Positions 1-9,606 of a DNA stretch of 32,000 bases are shown here, piece by piece; positions within the stretch are counted from its first letter, which is position 1, and each line of letters starts with the position of its first letter. The DNA lies in contig NZ_OZ026462.1 of the NCBI RefSeq assembly GCF_964019745.1, positions 240,001 through 272,000 on the forward strand, given 5' to 3'. The stretch comes from Candidatus Saccharimonadota bacterium (lineage in GTDB: Bacteria; Pseudomonadota; Gammaproteobacteria; Burkholderiales; Burkholderiaceae). Below the pieces are notes generated by a model, which was not told the DNA's origin, did no database searches, and worked only from the letters and a program-made list of their open reading frames with translations. Both the position numbers and the translations under genes were made by a program.

Positions 1-123
1 TGTAATAAATTTTATATTTAAATAAATAATTTTTTTTGAAATAATTTTTGATAAATCTTTTTGTATTTGAAAAGCTATTTGTATATATCTTTCTTTTTTT
101 TGATGTTTATTTTTTATTTTCAT
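1..123 (-). CDS. rbfA: ribosome-binding factor A, N-terminal part (gene runs off the left edge)
   Basis: ATG at 123-121 (minus) opens a stop-free frame to position 1: MKIKNKHQKKERYIQIAFQIQKDLSKIISKKIIYLNIKFIT. The basic N-terminus and the R-x-x-Q..IQK-x-L pattern resemble RbfA. The slot directly downstream of infB is the conserved one. Similarity is weak and the gene is partial. Confidence 0.5.
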   Translation of the reverse strand, partial: MKIKNKHQKKERYIQIAFQIQKDLSKIISKKIIYLNIKFIT

Positions 124-149
124 AAATTATAAGAATTATTTTTAATATT

Positions 150-1934
150 TTAAATTTTTATAATTTCTATTAAATCATTTATTTTAATATCTTTAAAATT
201 TTTTAAAGAAATTCCACATTCAAAACCTTTTTTTACTATTTGAACATTTTTTTTAAATCTTTTTAAAGTTTCTATTTTACCAATAAAGATAGTTTTATTA
301 TTTCTAGTTAATTTTATTAATGATTCTTTTTTTATTTCACCTTTTTTTACATAACATCCAGCAATAAAAAATTTTTTATTATTATTAAATATTTGTCTTA
401 TTTCTACTATTCCTATTATTTTTTTTATTTTAAATTTTTCTTTTATTTTTAAAATTAAATTTTTAATTTCTTCTATTATTTCATAAATAATATTATATTG
501 TTTAACATAAATATTATTTTTTTTTGCAAGTTTTTTAGCTTTTAAATTAATTTTTGTATTAAAACCTAAAATTTTAGATTTTGATATAATAGCTAAATTA
601 ATATCATTTTCAGAAATTTCTCCTATAGCTGAATGTATTATATTTATATTTATTTCATCATTAGATAATTTTTTAATGTTTTGTATTAAAACTTCTTTAT
701 GACTTTGTAAATTAGTTTTTAATATTAAAGAAATTTTTTTTTTTTTTGTATCTTCAAAATTTATTATTTTATTTTTTTTTTGTTTTAAAAAAAAATTTTT
801 TTTTATTTTTTTTTTTGTTACATGGAAATTTTCTATAATATTTGGTATTTTTTTTAACCCATAAATTTCCACAGGTATTGATGGTTTAACTTTATCAAGT
901 TTTTTAAAATTTTCATTTAAAATAGATTTTATTTTTCCATAAGTTGTATCAGTTAATATAAAATCTCCAATTTTTAATATACCTGATTTTACTAATATAG
1001 TTGCTATAGGTCCATTTCCTTTATCTAATTTAGAATTTATTATTACTCCTTTTGCTGGAGTAGAAATTGTGGTTTTTAATTCCATAATTTCTGCTTGTAA
1101 TAAAATATATTCTAATAATGTTTTTATTCCTTTTCCTGTTTTTATAGAAATTTTTATAAATGGAATATTTCCACCATATTTTTCAGGAATAATTTTTTCT
1201 CTAATTAATTCCTCATAAATTTTTTTTAAATTTATATCTATTTTATCTATTTTACTAATTGCAACAATTATTGGAATTTTTGTAGGCAATATTTGTGATA
1301 TTATTTCTCTAGTTTGAGGCATAACACCATCATCAGCGGCTACTAATAATACAATAATATCTGTAATTTTTATTCCCTTTGTTCTTATTGAAGAAAATGC
1401 TTCATGACCTGGAGTGTCTATAAATGTTATATTCTTTTTGTTAAATTTAATATGATAAGCACCTATGTTTTGAGTTATTCCTCCTATTTCAAAATTAGTA
1501 ATTTTAGTTTTACGTATATAATCTAAGAGTGAAGTTTTACCATGATTTACATGTCCCATTATAGTAACAATTGGAGCTCTTAATATAAAATTTTTTTTAT
1601 TTTTTTTAAAATTATTTTTTTTTTTTTTATTTTTAATATATTTTTCAGCTTTTAATCCTAATTTTTGAATTAAATTTATAGCAGTTTTTTGATCTAAAAT
1701 TTCGTTTTTAGTAATTATTTTTCCTGATTTTATTAAAAATTTTATTATTTTTGATGATGTTATTAAAGTTTTTTCAGCTATATCAGAAATTGATATATAT
1801 TTTGGAATATAAATAATTTTATTTTCTAATGAAATTAAATTTTTTTTATTTATTTTTTTTTTTTTAATTTTATTAAAATTTTTACTTTTTTTTAATTTTT
1901 TTTTTTTTAAAAATATTTTTTTTTTATTTTGCAT
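150..1934 (-). CDS. infB: translation initiation factor IF-2 (short form, reduced N-terminal region)
   Basis: 594-aa ORF. G-domain motifs are GHVNHGKTSLLD, DTPGHEAF and a VAISKID-type NKxD. The C-terminal IF-2 domains are recognisable. It lies between rimP and rbfA. Confidence 0.95.
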   Translation of the reverse strand: MQNKKKIFLKKKKLKKSKNFNKIKKKKINKKNLISLENKIIYIPKYISISDIAEKTLITSSKIIKFLIKSGKIITKNEILDQKTAINLIQKLGLKAEKYIKNKKKKNNFKKNKKNFILRAPIVTIMGHVNHGKTSLLDYIRKTKITNFEIGGITQNIGAYHIKFNKKNITFIDTPGHEAFSSIRTKGIKITDIIVLLVAADDGVMPQTREIISQILPTKIPIIVAISKIDKIDINLKKIYEELIREKIIPEKYGGNIPFIKISIKTGKGIKTLLEYILLQAEIMELKTTISTPAKGVIINSKLDKGNGPIATILVKSGILKIGDFILTDTTYGKIKSILNENFKKLDKVKPSIPVEIYGLKKIPNIIENFHVTKKKIKKNFFLKQKKNKIINFEDTKKKKISLILKTNLQSHKEVLIQNIKKLSNDEININIIHSAIGEISENDINLAIISKSKILGFNTKINLKAKKLAKKNNIYVKQYNIIYEIIEEIKNLILKIKEKFKIKKIIGIVEIRQIFNNNKKFFIAGCYVKKGEIKKESLIKLTRNNKTIFIGKIETLKRFKKNVQIVKKGFECGISLKNFKDIKINDLIEIIKI

Positions 1935-2144
1935 CTATTTATTTTTTATAAATTTATTTAATAATAATAATTATTATATAATAATATATATAAATATTAA
2001 ATTAATTTTTTAAAAAAATATATTTTTAATTATTATTTTGATTTATTTAAATTAAATAATAATTATTTATAATAATTATATTATATTTTTAATATTAATC
2101 AATAATAATTTTATTAATAAAAATATATATAAAAATTTTTATAT
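1935..2144. other. 210-nt nearly pure A/T spacer between infB and rimP, at the position where nusA normally sits
   Basis: No ORF. Only about three G/C by eye. Flanked by the rimP stop (2145) and the infB start (1934). Confidence 0.7.
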
Positions 2145-2627
2145 TTATTTTTTAAATAAATGTATATTTTTTACTAAATTAGCTTTATAAATATTATTTA
2201 AGGTAAATTGTAAAAATTTTTTTTTATGTATTTTTAATTTAAAGAAATTTTTTTCAGGTTTTAAAAGAATACCTTGAAATAATTTTTGATTTTTTTTAAA
2301 TCTTTTAGGAGTAGTTTTTAATTTTAAAATTATTTCATAATTAATAAAACGTATAAAATCATTCCATTTTTTAATTTTTATATTTAATCCTGGAGATGAT
2401 ATTTCCAAAAAATTAAATTTGATATTTTCTGTGTATAAAATATATTTAAGTTGATTATAAATAATTTCACAATCTTTTATTGTAATTTTTTTTTTATTTT
2501 TAAAAGAATATTTAAAATCAATAAAAATTTTAAATAAATTATTAGATTTTTTTTTAAATTTTATTAATTTATAATTAAATTTAAATAAATAATTTTTAAT
2601 TATATTTATAATATTATTATATATCAT
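2145..2627 (-). CDS. rimP: ribosome maturation factor RimP
   Basis: 160-aa ORF with the RimP signature LEISSPGLN (consensus LEVSSPGLDRPL). Located upstream of infB, as in the rimP-nusA-infB operon. Confidence 0.8.
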   Translation of the reverse strand: MIYNNIINIIKNYLFKFNYKLIKFKKKSNNLFKIFIDFKYSFKNKKKITIKDCEIIYNQLKYILYTENIKFNFLEISSPGLNIKIKKWNDFIRFINYEIILKLKTTPKRFKKNQKLFQGILLKPEKNFFKLKIHKKKFLQFTLNNIYKANLVKNIHLFKK

Positions 2628-2671
2628 ATTATTTAAATAAATTATTTTTTTAATTATTTTAAATAATAAAA

Positions 2672-2899
2672 TTATTTATGTTCTATAAAAAAAAAAAAAA
2701 ATTTTTTTTCTTTAAAAAATATTTTTAATATATGTTTTGTTTGTTTTGTAAAAATTTCAAAATCTATTTTTGAATTTATATCTGTAGTTATTATTAATAA
2801 AATTTCTTTTTTTTTAATTTTTGATAATTCTTTTTTGGTTTTTAATATTGGTAAGGGACATTTTAAATAACAAGTATTTACTTTTTTTTTTATTTTCAT
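2672..2899 (-). CDS. tusA: TusA/SirA-family sulfur carrier protein
   Basis: 75-aa ORF. The N-terminal LKCPLPILKTKK matches the TusA active-site C-P-x-P motif, and the size is typical. Confidence 0.75.
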   Translation of the reverse strand: MKIKKKVNTCYLKCPLPILKTKKELSKIKKKEILLIITTDINSKIDFEIFTKQTKHILKIFFKEKKFFFFFIEHK

Positions 2900-2959
2900 A
2901 TTTGTATTAAAAATATATATTTAATTATTAATAAAATAATTTTAATAAATTATTAATTT

Positions 2960-4255
2960 TTAAAAATTTTTATATTTATTTTTTTGTTTTTTCATTTCAT
3001 TATTAAATTCTTTTATATTTATTTTAATATTATATATATTACATAGTTCTATAATTAAATTTATATTTAATCCATAAGTATCATGTAAAATAAAAGCAGT
3101 TTTTCCAGTAATTATTTTTTCTTTTTTAGTTATTTTTTTAAAAATTTTTAATCCATTTTTAATAGTTTTTTTAAAAAGTATTTCTTCTTTTTTTATTATT
3201 TCTTGTATTTTTTTTTTTTTTTTTATAAGTTTAGGATAAGAAAGACTCATTTCTTTTATAATAATAGGAACTAATTTATAAAAAAAAATATTTTTTTTTC
3301 CTATTTTATATCCATAAATTATAGCTCTACGAATTATTTTTCTTAATATATAACCATGTCCATTATTATTTGGTAAAATCCCATCCATTATTAAAAATGA
3401 AGATGCTCTTAAATGATCAGAAATAATTTTTAATGAAATATTTTTAGTATCTTTAAAATTAATTTTTTTAGCAATATAAATAATTATTTTTTTAAATAAA
3501 TCTATTTCATAATTATTTTTTACATTTTGTAAAATAGTAGCTAATCTTTCTAATCCCATTCCAGTATCTACACATTTTAATGGTAATTTTTTTAAAATTA
3601 TTTGATTAGTTTTTTTATTTATTTTTTTATTAAATTCTAAAAATACATTATTCCAAATTTCTATATAATTACTATTATTATTTAATTCATTAATTGTAAC
3701 TATATTATTATTTTTTTTATATTCATAAAATATTTCTGAACATGGTCCACAAGGACCAGTATTTGCCATTTGCCAAAAATTATCAGAATTATTATTTATT
3801 AAAAAAATTTTTTTTTTTGAAATTCCAATTTTATTAGTCCATATTTCATATGATTCTTCATCATTTTTATGAATTGTAATTAATAATTTATCTTCAGATA
3901 ATTTATAAATTTTAGTTAATAATTCCCAAGACCATTTTAAAGTTTTATATTTAAAATAATCTCCAAAAGACCAATTTCCTAACATTTCAAAAAATGTGTG
4001 ATGTTTTGAGGTATATCCAACATTTTCTAAATCATTATGTTTTCCTCCTACTCTTATACAACGTTGAATAGAAGTAATTCTTTTATATTTTGGTTTTTCA
4101 ATACCTAAAAATATATTTTTAAATTGTACCATTCCTGAATTAGCAAACATAATTGTTGGATCATTTTTGGCTACTAAACTAGAAGAAGGAACAAAAGTAT
4201 GTTTTTTAGATATAAAAAAATCAATAAAAATTTTTTTTATTTTTTCTAATTTCAT
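2960..4255 (-). CDS. alaS: alanine--tRNA ligase, truncated to the aminoacylation/tRNA-recognition core (431 aa)
   Basis: N-terminus FIDFFISKKHTFVPSSSLV..DPT.MFANSGMVQFK, then QRCIRVGGKHNDLENVG, FFEMLGNWSFGDYFK and GPCGPCSEIFY are class-II AlaRS core motifs. The ORF ends at TAA 2962-2960, just after the TAFILHDTYGL region. Confidence 0.9.
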   Translation of the reverse strand: MKLEKIKKIFIDFFISKKHTFVPSSSLVAKNDPTIMFANSGMVQFKNIFLGIEKPKYKRITSIQRCIRVGGKHNDLENVGYTSKHHTFFEMLGNWSFGDYFKYKTLKWSWELLTKIYKLSEDKLLITIHKNDEESYEIWTNKIGISKKKIFLINNNSDNFWQMANTGPCGPCSEIFYEYKKNNNIVTINELNNNSNYIEIWNNVFLEFNKKINKKTNQIILKKLPLKCVDTGMGLERLATILQNVKNNYEIDLFKKIIIYIAKKINFKDTKNISLKIISDHLRASSFLIMDGILPNNNGHGYILRKIIRRAIIYGYKIGKKNIFFYKLVPIIIKEMSLSYPKLIKKKKKIQEIIKKEEILFKKTIKNGLKIFKKITKKEKIITGKTAFILHDTYGLNINLIIELCNIYNIKINIKEFNNEMKKQKNKYKNF

Positions 4256-4259
4256 ATTT

Positions 4260-4697
4260 TTATTTTTTAAAAATAATATTTTTATTTTTAATATAATTAT
4301 ATAAATTATATTGTTTCCAATTATAAATTATGTTATTATTTTTTATAAATTCGTTAAGTTTTTTTTGTGATTTAAATTTAAATTTTTTAATTATATTATA
4401 TATATTAAAAATATTTGTTTCAAAATTACTAAAAAAAATTATTTTTTTTTTATATTGAATTAATATTTTAGGAAATTTATCTGTTTTAATATTAGTAAAA
4501 AAATCATTATTTTCTTCAATATCTATCCAAAAAAAATAATATTTTAAATATTTTTTTGATAATTTATAAAAATTTTTTTGAAATCTTCTACAAATTTCAC
4601 ACCATTCAACACAGAAACAAGAAATAACCCATTTATTTTTTGAAAGTTTTTCATATATTTCTAAATATTTTTTTTTATTAAAAATTTTATAATTCAT
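4260..4697 (-). CDS. thioredoxin-fold protein with WCEIC redox motif, function unknown
   Basis: 145-aa ORF. It has a CxxC motif (VEWCEICRRF) and a downstream FPK cis-Pro-like element (DKFPKILIQY), as in the thioredoxin fold. Its stop lies 4 nt upstream of the alaS start. Confidence 0.55.
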   Translation of the reverse strand: MNYKIFNKKKYLEIYEKLSKNKWVISCFCVEWCEICRRFQKNFYKLSKKYLKYYFFWIDIEENNDFFTNIKTDKFPKILIQYKKKIIFFSNFETNIFNIYNIIKKFKFKSQKKLNEFIKNNNIIYNWKQYNLYNYIKNKNIIFKK

Positions 4698-4755
4698 ATT
4701 TTTTTTATATATAAAAATATATATATATAAAAATATATAATATATTTTAAAATAA

Positions 4756-5409
4756 ATGTCAATTTTATTAGCAATTGAGACTTCTACTTTATTTTCTTCT
4801 ATAGCTGTATTAAATAATTCGATATTATTATATACTGAATTTTTTGAAAATTTAGGTAATTTTTCTAAAAAAATTTTATTTATAATACAAAAATTTTTTA
4901 AAAAAAATTTTTTAGATTTGTCGTTTATAGATGTTATTGCAATTGGTATTGGTCCAGGATCATTTACTGGTATAAAAATTGCTTTTATAATTGCTCAAAG
5001 TTTTTCTTTTAATAAAAATATTCCAATAATTCCAATTGTTACTTTTGAAGCTATGTCACAATTTTGTTTTGATAATTTTAAAAAAAAAAATATTTTATCT
5101 ATTATTGATGCAAATAATAATAAATTTTATTGGTCTCAATATAAATTTATTAATTATAATTGGGTAGTGGTTATAAATCCTGTTATATCTTCTATATTTG
5201 AAATTTTACCTAAAGGAAATGTTTTTTTTTGTGGGGATAAATCTTTTTTTAAAAAAAAAAAAAAATTTTCTAAAATATATTTTATTAAATTTTTAATAGA
5301 AGCAAATCCTCATGCTATACAAATTGCTAGATTAGGTTATAAAAAATTTAAAAATAAAGAATATATTTTAAATAAAAATTTTTTTCCAATTTATTTAAAA
5401 AATATTTAA
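4756..5409 (+). CDS. tsaB: tRNA t6A37 biosynthesis protein TsaB (YeaZ)
   Basis: 217-aa ORF. The N-terminal ILLAIETSTLFSSIAVL and GIGPGSFTGIKIA motifs are typical of TsaB/YeaZ. Confidence 0.8.
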   Translation: MSILLAIETSTLFSSIAVLNNSILLYTEFFENLGNFSKKILFIIQKFFKKNFLDLSFIDVIAIGIGPGSFTGIKIAFIIAQSFSFNKNIPIIPIVTFEAMSQFCFDNFKKKNILSIIDANNNKFYWSQYKFINYNWVVVINPVISSIFEILPKGNVFFCGDKSFFKKKKKFSKIYFIKFLIEANPHAIQIARLGYKKFKNKEYILNKNFFPIYLKNI

Positions 5410-5491
5410 TTTTTATTTTTTTAAAAAAATATTTAAAATATTAATTTAAAATTAAATAATAAAAAAGATTTTATATTATAAGTAATAATAT

Positions 5492-5562
5492 AGACGAGAG
5501 TCGGAATTGAACCGACTTCTAAGGCTTTGCAGGCCCTTGCATAACCATTTTGCTATCTCGTC
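5492..5562 (-). tRNA. tRNA-Cys (GCA)
   Basis: The reverse complement gacgagatagcaaaatggttatgcaagggcctgcaaagccttagaagtcggttcaattccgactctcgtc folds as a cloverleaf. Acceptor stem is gacgaga/tctcgtc, anticodon loop ctGCAaa, T arm gtcgg-ttcaatt-ccgac. CCA is not encoded. Confidence 0.9.
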
Positions 5563-5591
5563 ATTAAATATTTTTAAAAAAATAATAAAAA

Positions 5592-5664
5592 AGCGGGAGA
5601 AGAGTTTCGAACTCTCGACCTATACCTTGGCAAGGTATTGCTCTACCAACTGAGCTACTCCCGC
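5592..5664 (-). tRNA. tRNA-Gly (GCC)
   Basis: The reverse complement is gcgggagtagctcagttggtagagcaataccttgccaaggtataggtcgagagttcgaaactcttctcccgc. Acceptor stem is gcgggag/ctcccgc, D arm gctc-agttggta-gagc, anticodon stem-loop atacc-ttGCCaa-ggtat, with a ttcgaaa T loop. Confidence 0.9.
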
Positions 5665-6280
5665 ATTTTAACAAAATATTATAATATATATTTTATATTT
5701 TATTTAAAATTATTAAAAAAATAATTTTTATATAATTTATATAATTAAATATAATAAATTATTATTTATTTTTTAATTTAAATAATTTAATATTTATTTT
5801 TTAAATTTTTATAAAATTTAATTTATTAAAATTATTTAAAAAAATATAATTTTAATATATTAATAAAAATTATATTTTAATTTTTAAAATTTTAATTAAT
5901 TTATTAAATATATTTATTATTAAATTTTTAATATTTATTAATTTTAAATTTATTTTTAATATAAATTTATATAAATTATTTTTAATAAGATTAAAGTTTT
6001 TTAAAATATTAATATTTATATTTTTAAAAAATTTTTTATTAATATTATTATTTATTAATTTATAATTATATTATATATAATATAATTATTAAAAATATTT
6101 TTAAATATTTATAAAATAATATATAATTATTTTTAAAATAATTTAATAATTTATTGTTAATTTAATATATTAAAATATATAAAAAATTTTTTATTTAAAT
6201 TATATTATATTATAATATAATAAATTATTTTTTAAAAATTTTGATATATAAAATAAAAATTATAATAAAACATTAATAAT
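5665..6280. other. 616-nt non-coding spacer, almost pure A/T (divergent region between tRNA-Gly and the malic enzyme gene)
   Basis: My manual count gives 6 G/C in 616 nt. Positions 5673-5988 contain no G or C at all. There is no ORF in the track. Confidence 0.85.
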
Positions 6281-7570
6281 ATGAAAATTAAAAAAAAAGA
6301 TTTTAAAAAATATTCTTTAAAATATCATAAAAACCCTTTACCTGGAAAAATTTGTGTTAAATCTACTAAAATAGTTAATAATCATTTTAATTTATCTCTT
6401 GCATATTCTCCAGGTGTTGCTTTTCCTTGTGAAGAAATTGTAATTAATCCTCAAAATGTTTTTAAATATACTTCAAAAGGTAATTTAGTAGGTGTAATAA
6501 GTAATGGTAGTGCCGTTTTAGGTTTAGGCAATATAGGAGCATTAGCATCAAAACCTGTGATGGAAGGAAAAAGTATTTTATTTAAAAAATTTGCTGGTAT
6601 TAATTCCTTTGATATAGAAATAAATGAAAATAATCCTGATAAATTATGTGATATTATTACATCATTAGAACCTACTTTTGGTGCTATTAATTTAGAAGAT
6701 ATTAAATCTCCTGAATGTTTTTATATAGAAAAAAAATTACGTAAAGATATGAAAATCCCTGTTTTTCATGATGATCAACATGGTACTGCTATTGTAGTTG
6801 CAGCTGCTTTATTAAATGGATTAAAAATTGTTAATAAAAATATTAAAAATGTAAAATTAGTTGTTTCTGGTGCTGGTGCTGCTTCTTTAGCTTGTTTAGA
6901 TTTAATTATAGATTTAGGTTTTCCAATAGAAAATATTTTTGTTACTGATTTAACTGGAGTTATATATAAAGGTCGTTCAGATTTAAAAAATACTGAAAAA
7001 TTTCGTTTTGCTAAAAAAACTAAAGCTAGAACTTTATTAGAAATAATTAAAGGAGCTGATATTTTTTTAGGTTTATCAGTGGGAGGAATTTTAACAAAAG
7101 AAATGGTACAAATTATGTCTAAAAATCCTTTAATATTTGCTTTAGCAAATCCTATACCTGAAATTTTTCCAGAAGATGTTAAATTAATACGAAATGATGC
7201 TATTATTGCTACTGGTCGTTCTGATTATCCAAATCAAGTTAATAATGCTTTATGTTTTCCATATATTTTTAGAGGCGCTTTAGATTCTTGTGCTACTACA
7301 ATAACTAGAAAAATGGAAATAGCAGCTGTATATGCTATTGCAGAATTAGTACATTCTAATGAATATAATGAAAATTTATTTAAAATATATGGTAAAATTC
7401 CAGAATTTAGTTCTGAATATTTTATTCCTAAAGCTTTTGATACTCGTTTATTGTTTAAAGTTGCTCCAGCTGTTGCTATAGCCGCTAATAAATCAGGTGT
7501 AGCAAAAAAACCTATTTTAAATATAGATAATTATATAAAAAAAATATATAAAATTATTTATAATAATTAA
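6281..7570 (+). CDS. maeB: NAD(P)-dependent malic enzyme (MaeB-type catalytic domain, no phosphotransacetylase-like tail)
   Basis: 429-aa ORF. Motifs are LKYHKNPLPGKI, LSLAYSPGVA, FHDDQHGTAIV and the GAGAA Rossmann motif, typical of short malic enzymes. Confidence 0.9.
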   Translation: MKIKKKDFKKYSLKYHKNPLPGKICVKSTKIVNNHFNLSLAYSPGVAFPCEEIVINPQNVFKYTSKGNLVGVISNGSAVLGLGNIGALASKPVMEGKSILFKKFAGINSFDIEINENNPDKLCDIITSLEPTFGAINLEDIKSPECFYIEKKLRKDMKIPVFHDDQHGTAIVVAAALLNGLKIVNKNIKNVKLVVSGAGAASLACLDLIIDLGFPIENIFVTDLTGVIYKGRSDLKNTEKFRFAKKTKARTLLEIIKGADIFLGLSVGGILTKEMVQIMSKNPLIFALANPIPEIFPEDVKLIRNDAIIATGRSDYPNQVNNALCFPYIFRGALDSCATTITRKMEIAAVYAIAELVHSNEYNENLFKIYGKIPEFSSEYFIPKAFDTRLLFKVAPAVAIAANKSGVAKKPILNIDNYIKKIYKIIYNN

Positions 7571-8238
7571 TTATTTGTTAAAATTTTTTTATTTATCCAA
7601 AAATCTACATCGGAAATTTCTTTTTTACAAATTTCATGTTTTATTTTATATAAATTACATTTAAAATTATATTTATTTTTTTTAAAAAAATTTTTTAATT
7701 TTATAATATTTTTAACATTTATAATATTATCATATATACCATGTGCAATAAATATTGGTGTATTTAAACTATTTATAATTTTTTTTTTTTTAATATTTTT
7801 TTTAAAAGGTAAATACCCTGATAAAGATATTAAACCTGCTAATTGTTTAGAATATTTTAAGCCTGTTTGTAATGCTATTACTGCTCCTTGTGAAAATCCT
7901 AATAAAAAAATATTTTTTGTTAAAATACCTCTATTAATTTCTTTATTTATAATTTTTTCAATTTTTTTTTGAGATTTTTTTATTCCTTTTTTATCTTCTA
8001 TTTTTTTTTTTTTACAATATACGTTGTACCATGCATTCATAATAATATTATTATTAGCAGAAATAGAAATTTTAGGTGATTGTGGAAAAATAAAACGAAT
8101 ATTTATATTTTTATAAATTTTAGTATTTTTTATTATTGGTAAAAAATTTGTTTTATCACCTCCTAAATCATGTAAACAAATTATTGTTATTTTTATATTT
8201 TTAGAATTATTTATTTCTAGTATATTTGTATATTTCAT
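7567..8238 (-). CDS. alpha/beta hydrolase, phospholipase/carboxylesterase family
   Basis: Nucleophile elbow GFSQGA, later HGIYDNII, and a distal His (KIKHEI) fit the Ser-Asp-His esterase family. I prefer ATG 8238 (MKYTNILE...) to the TTG at 8292 used in the ORF track. Confidence 0.7.
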   Translation of the reverse strand: MKYTNILEINNSKNIKITIICLHDLGGDKTNFLPIIKNTKIYKNINIRFIFPQSPKISISANNNIIMNAWYNVYCKKKKIEDKKGIKKSQKKIEKIINKEINRGILTKNIFLLGFSQGAVIALQTGLKYSKQLAGLISLSGYLPFKKNIKKKKIINSLNTPIFIAHGIYDNIINVKNIIKLKNFFKKNKYNFKCNLYKIKHEICKKEISDVDFWINKKILTNN

Positions 8239-8326
8239 TTTTAAAAAATTTTTTTTAAAAAATAAATTTTTATTTGTTATAATTAATAACAAATATGTAT
8301 TTTATATATTTATAATATTTTTAAAA

Positions 8327-9577
8327 GTGAATATTTTAATTAAAAATTATTTAAATAATAAATTATTTTTAAAAAAAAATCCAATTTATTTAGATTATTT
8401 TTCAACAACTCCTATAGATCCTCGTGTAATTAAAAAAATGATTTTTTTTTTAAATAATAATTTTGGTAATTCTTCTTCTCGTAGTCATATATATGGTTGG
8501 GATGTAGAAAAAAATATAGAAAATGCTAGAAAGGAAGTTGCTAAATTATTAAAAGTTAGTTCTCAAGAAATTATTTGGACTTCTGGAGCAACAGAAAGTA
8601 ATAATTTAGCAATTAAAGGAGTTGCTGGATTTTATAAATTTAAAGGAAATCATTTAATAACAGTTAAAACTGAACATAAATCTGTTTTAGATACATTTCG
8701 TAATTTAGAACGTTGTGGTTTTATAGTAACTTATATTAAACCTAAAAAAAATGGATTAATTGATATTCAAGATATTATATCTAATATAAAAAATAATACA
8801 ATTTTAATTTCAGTAATGTTAGTAAATAATGAAATAGGAGTTATACAACCTATTGAAGAAATAGGAAAAATTTGTAGAGAAAAAGGTATTATTTTTCATT
8901 GTGATGCTGCACAAGCAATAGGAAAAATTAATTTAAATGTTTCAAAAATGAATGTTGATTTAATGAGTTTATCAGCACATAAAGTTTATGGTCCTAAGGG
9001 TATAGGTGCTTTATATATTTCTAAAAATCCTAGAATAAGACTTGAAGCACAAATTCATGGTGGTGGTCAAGAACGTGGCTTAAGATCAGGTACTTTAGCG
9101 ACACATCAAATTGTTGGTATGGGAGAGGCATTTCGTATTACTAGATTAGAAATGGAAAAAGAATTAATTCGTATAAAATATATGTTTAATAAATTAAAAT
9201 CAAATCTTGAATGTATTGAAGAATCTTATATAAATGGTGATTTAAAATTTCGTGTTCCTCATAATTTAAATATTAGTTTTAATTATATAGAGGGTGAATC
9301 ATTAATAATGTCAGTAAAAGAAATAGCAATTTCTTCAGGATCTGCTTGTACTTCTTCTAGTTTAGAACCTTCTTATGTTTTAAAATCTTTAGGTATTAGT
9401 GATGAATTAGCACATAGTTCTATTAGATTAACAATAGGGCGTTTTACTACTGAAGAAGAAATAGATTTTGCGATTTTTTTAATTAAAAAAAATGTTAAAA
9501 AATTAAGAAAAATTTCCCCGTTATGGGAAATGTATAAAGAAGGTATAAATTTAAATACAATTAAATGGAAAATTTAA
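8327..9577 (+). CDS. iscS: cysteine desulfurase IscS
   Basis: 416-aa ORF. Motifs are [30 protein letters not shown] (PLP lysine) and SSGSACTS (active-site Cys loop). GTG is the only canonical start. Confidence 0.95.
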   Translation: MNILIKNYLNNKLFLKKNPIYLDYFSTTPIDPRVIKKMIFFLNNNFGNSSSRSHIYGWDVEKNIENARKEVAKLLKVSSQEIIWTSGATESNNLAIKGVAGFYKFKGNHLITVKTEHKSVLDTFRNLERCGFIVTYIKPKKNGLIDIQDIISNIKNNTILISVMLVNNEIGVIQPIEEIGKICREKGIIFHCDAAQAIGKINLNVSKMNVDLMSLSAHKVYGPKGIGALYISKNPRIRLEAQIHGGGQERGLRSGTLATHQIVGMGEAFRITRLEMEKELIRIKYMFNKLKSNLECIEESYINGDLKFRVPHNLNISFNYIEGESLIMSVKEIAISSGSACTSSSLEPSYVLKSLGISDELAHSSIRLTIGRFTTEEEIDFAIFLIKKNVKKLRKISPLWEMYKEGINLNTIKWKI

Positions 9578-9606
9578 TTTAAAAACATATTTTAAAAAAA
9601 AAAAAA

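Noticed and set aside
6062-6089. Perfect 28-nt palindrome ATAATTATATTATA|TATAATATAATTAT, plus a 20-nt palindrome at 6203-6222, inside the A/T-only spacer
   Set aside because: In an essentially two-letter (A/T) sequence, 14-bp arms match by chance at an appreciable rate over about 1.4 kb of such spacer. The motif is not repeated elsewhere, and an all-A/T hairpin would be weak. I cannot support calling it a regulatory site or terminator.
5665-6280. Classical oriC in the long A/T-only spacers (also 13864-14441)
   Set aside because: DnaA boxes (TTATCCACA-like) require C/G positions that are absent here. No dnaA, dnaN or gidA context is present. Only a generic DNA-unwinding role can be speculated, so I did not annotate an origin.
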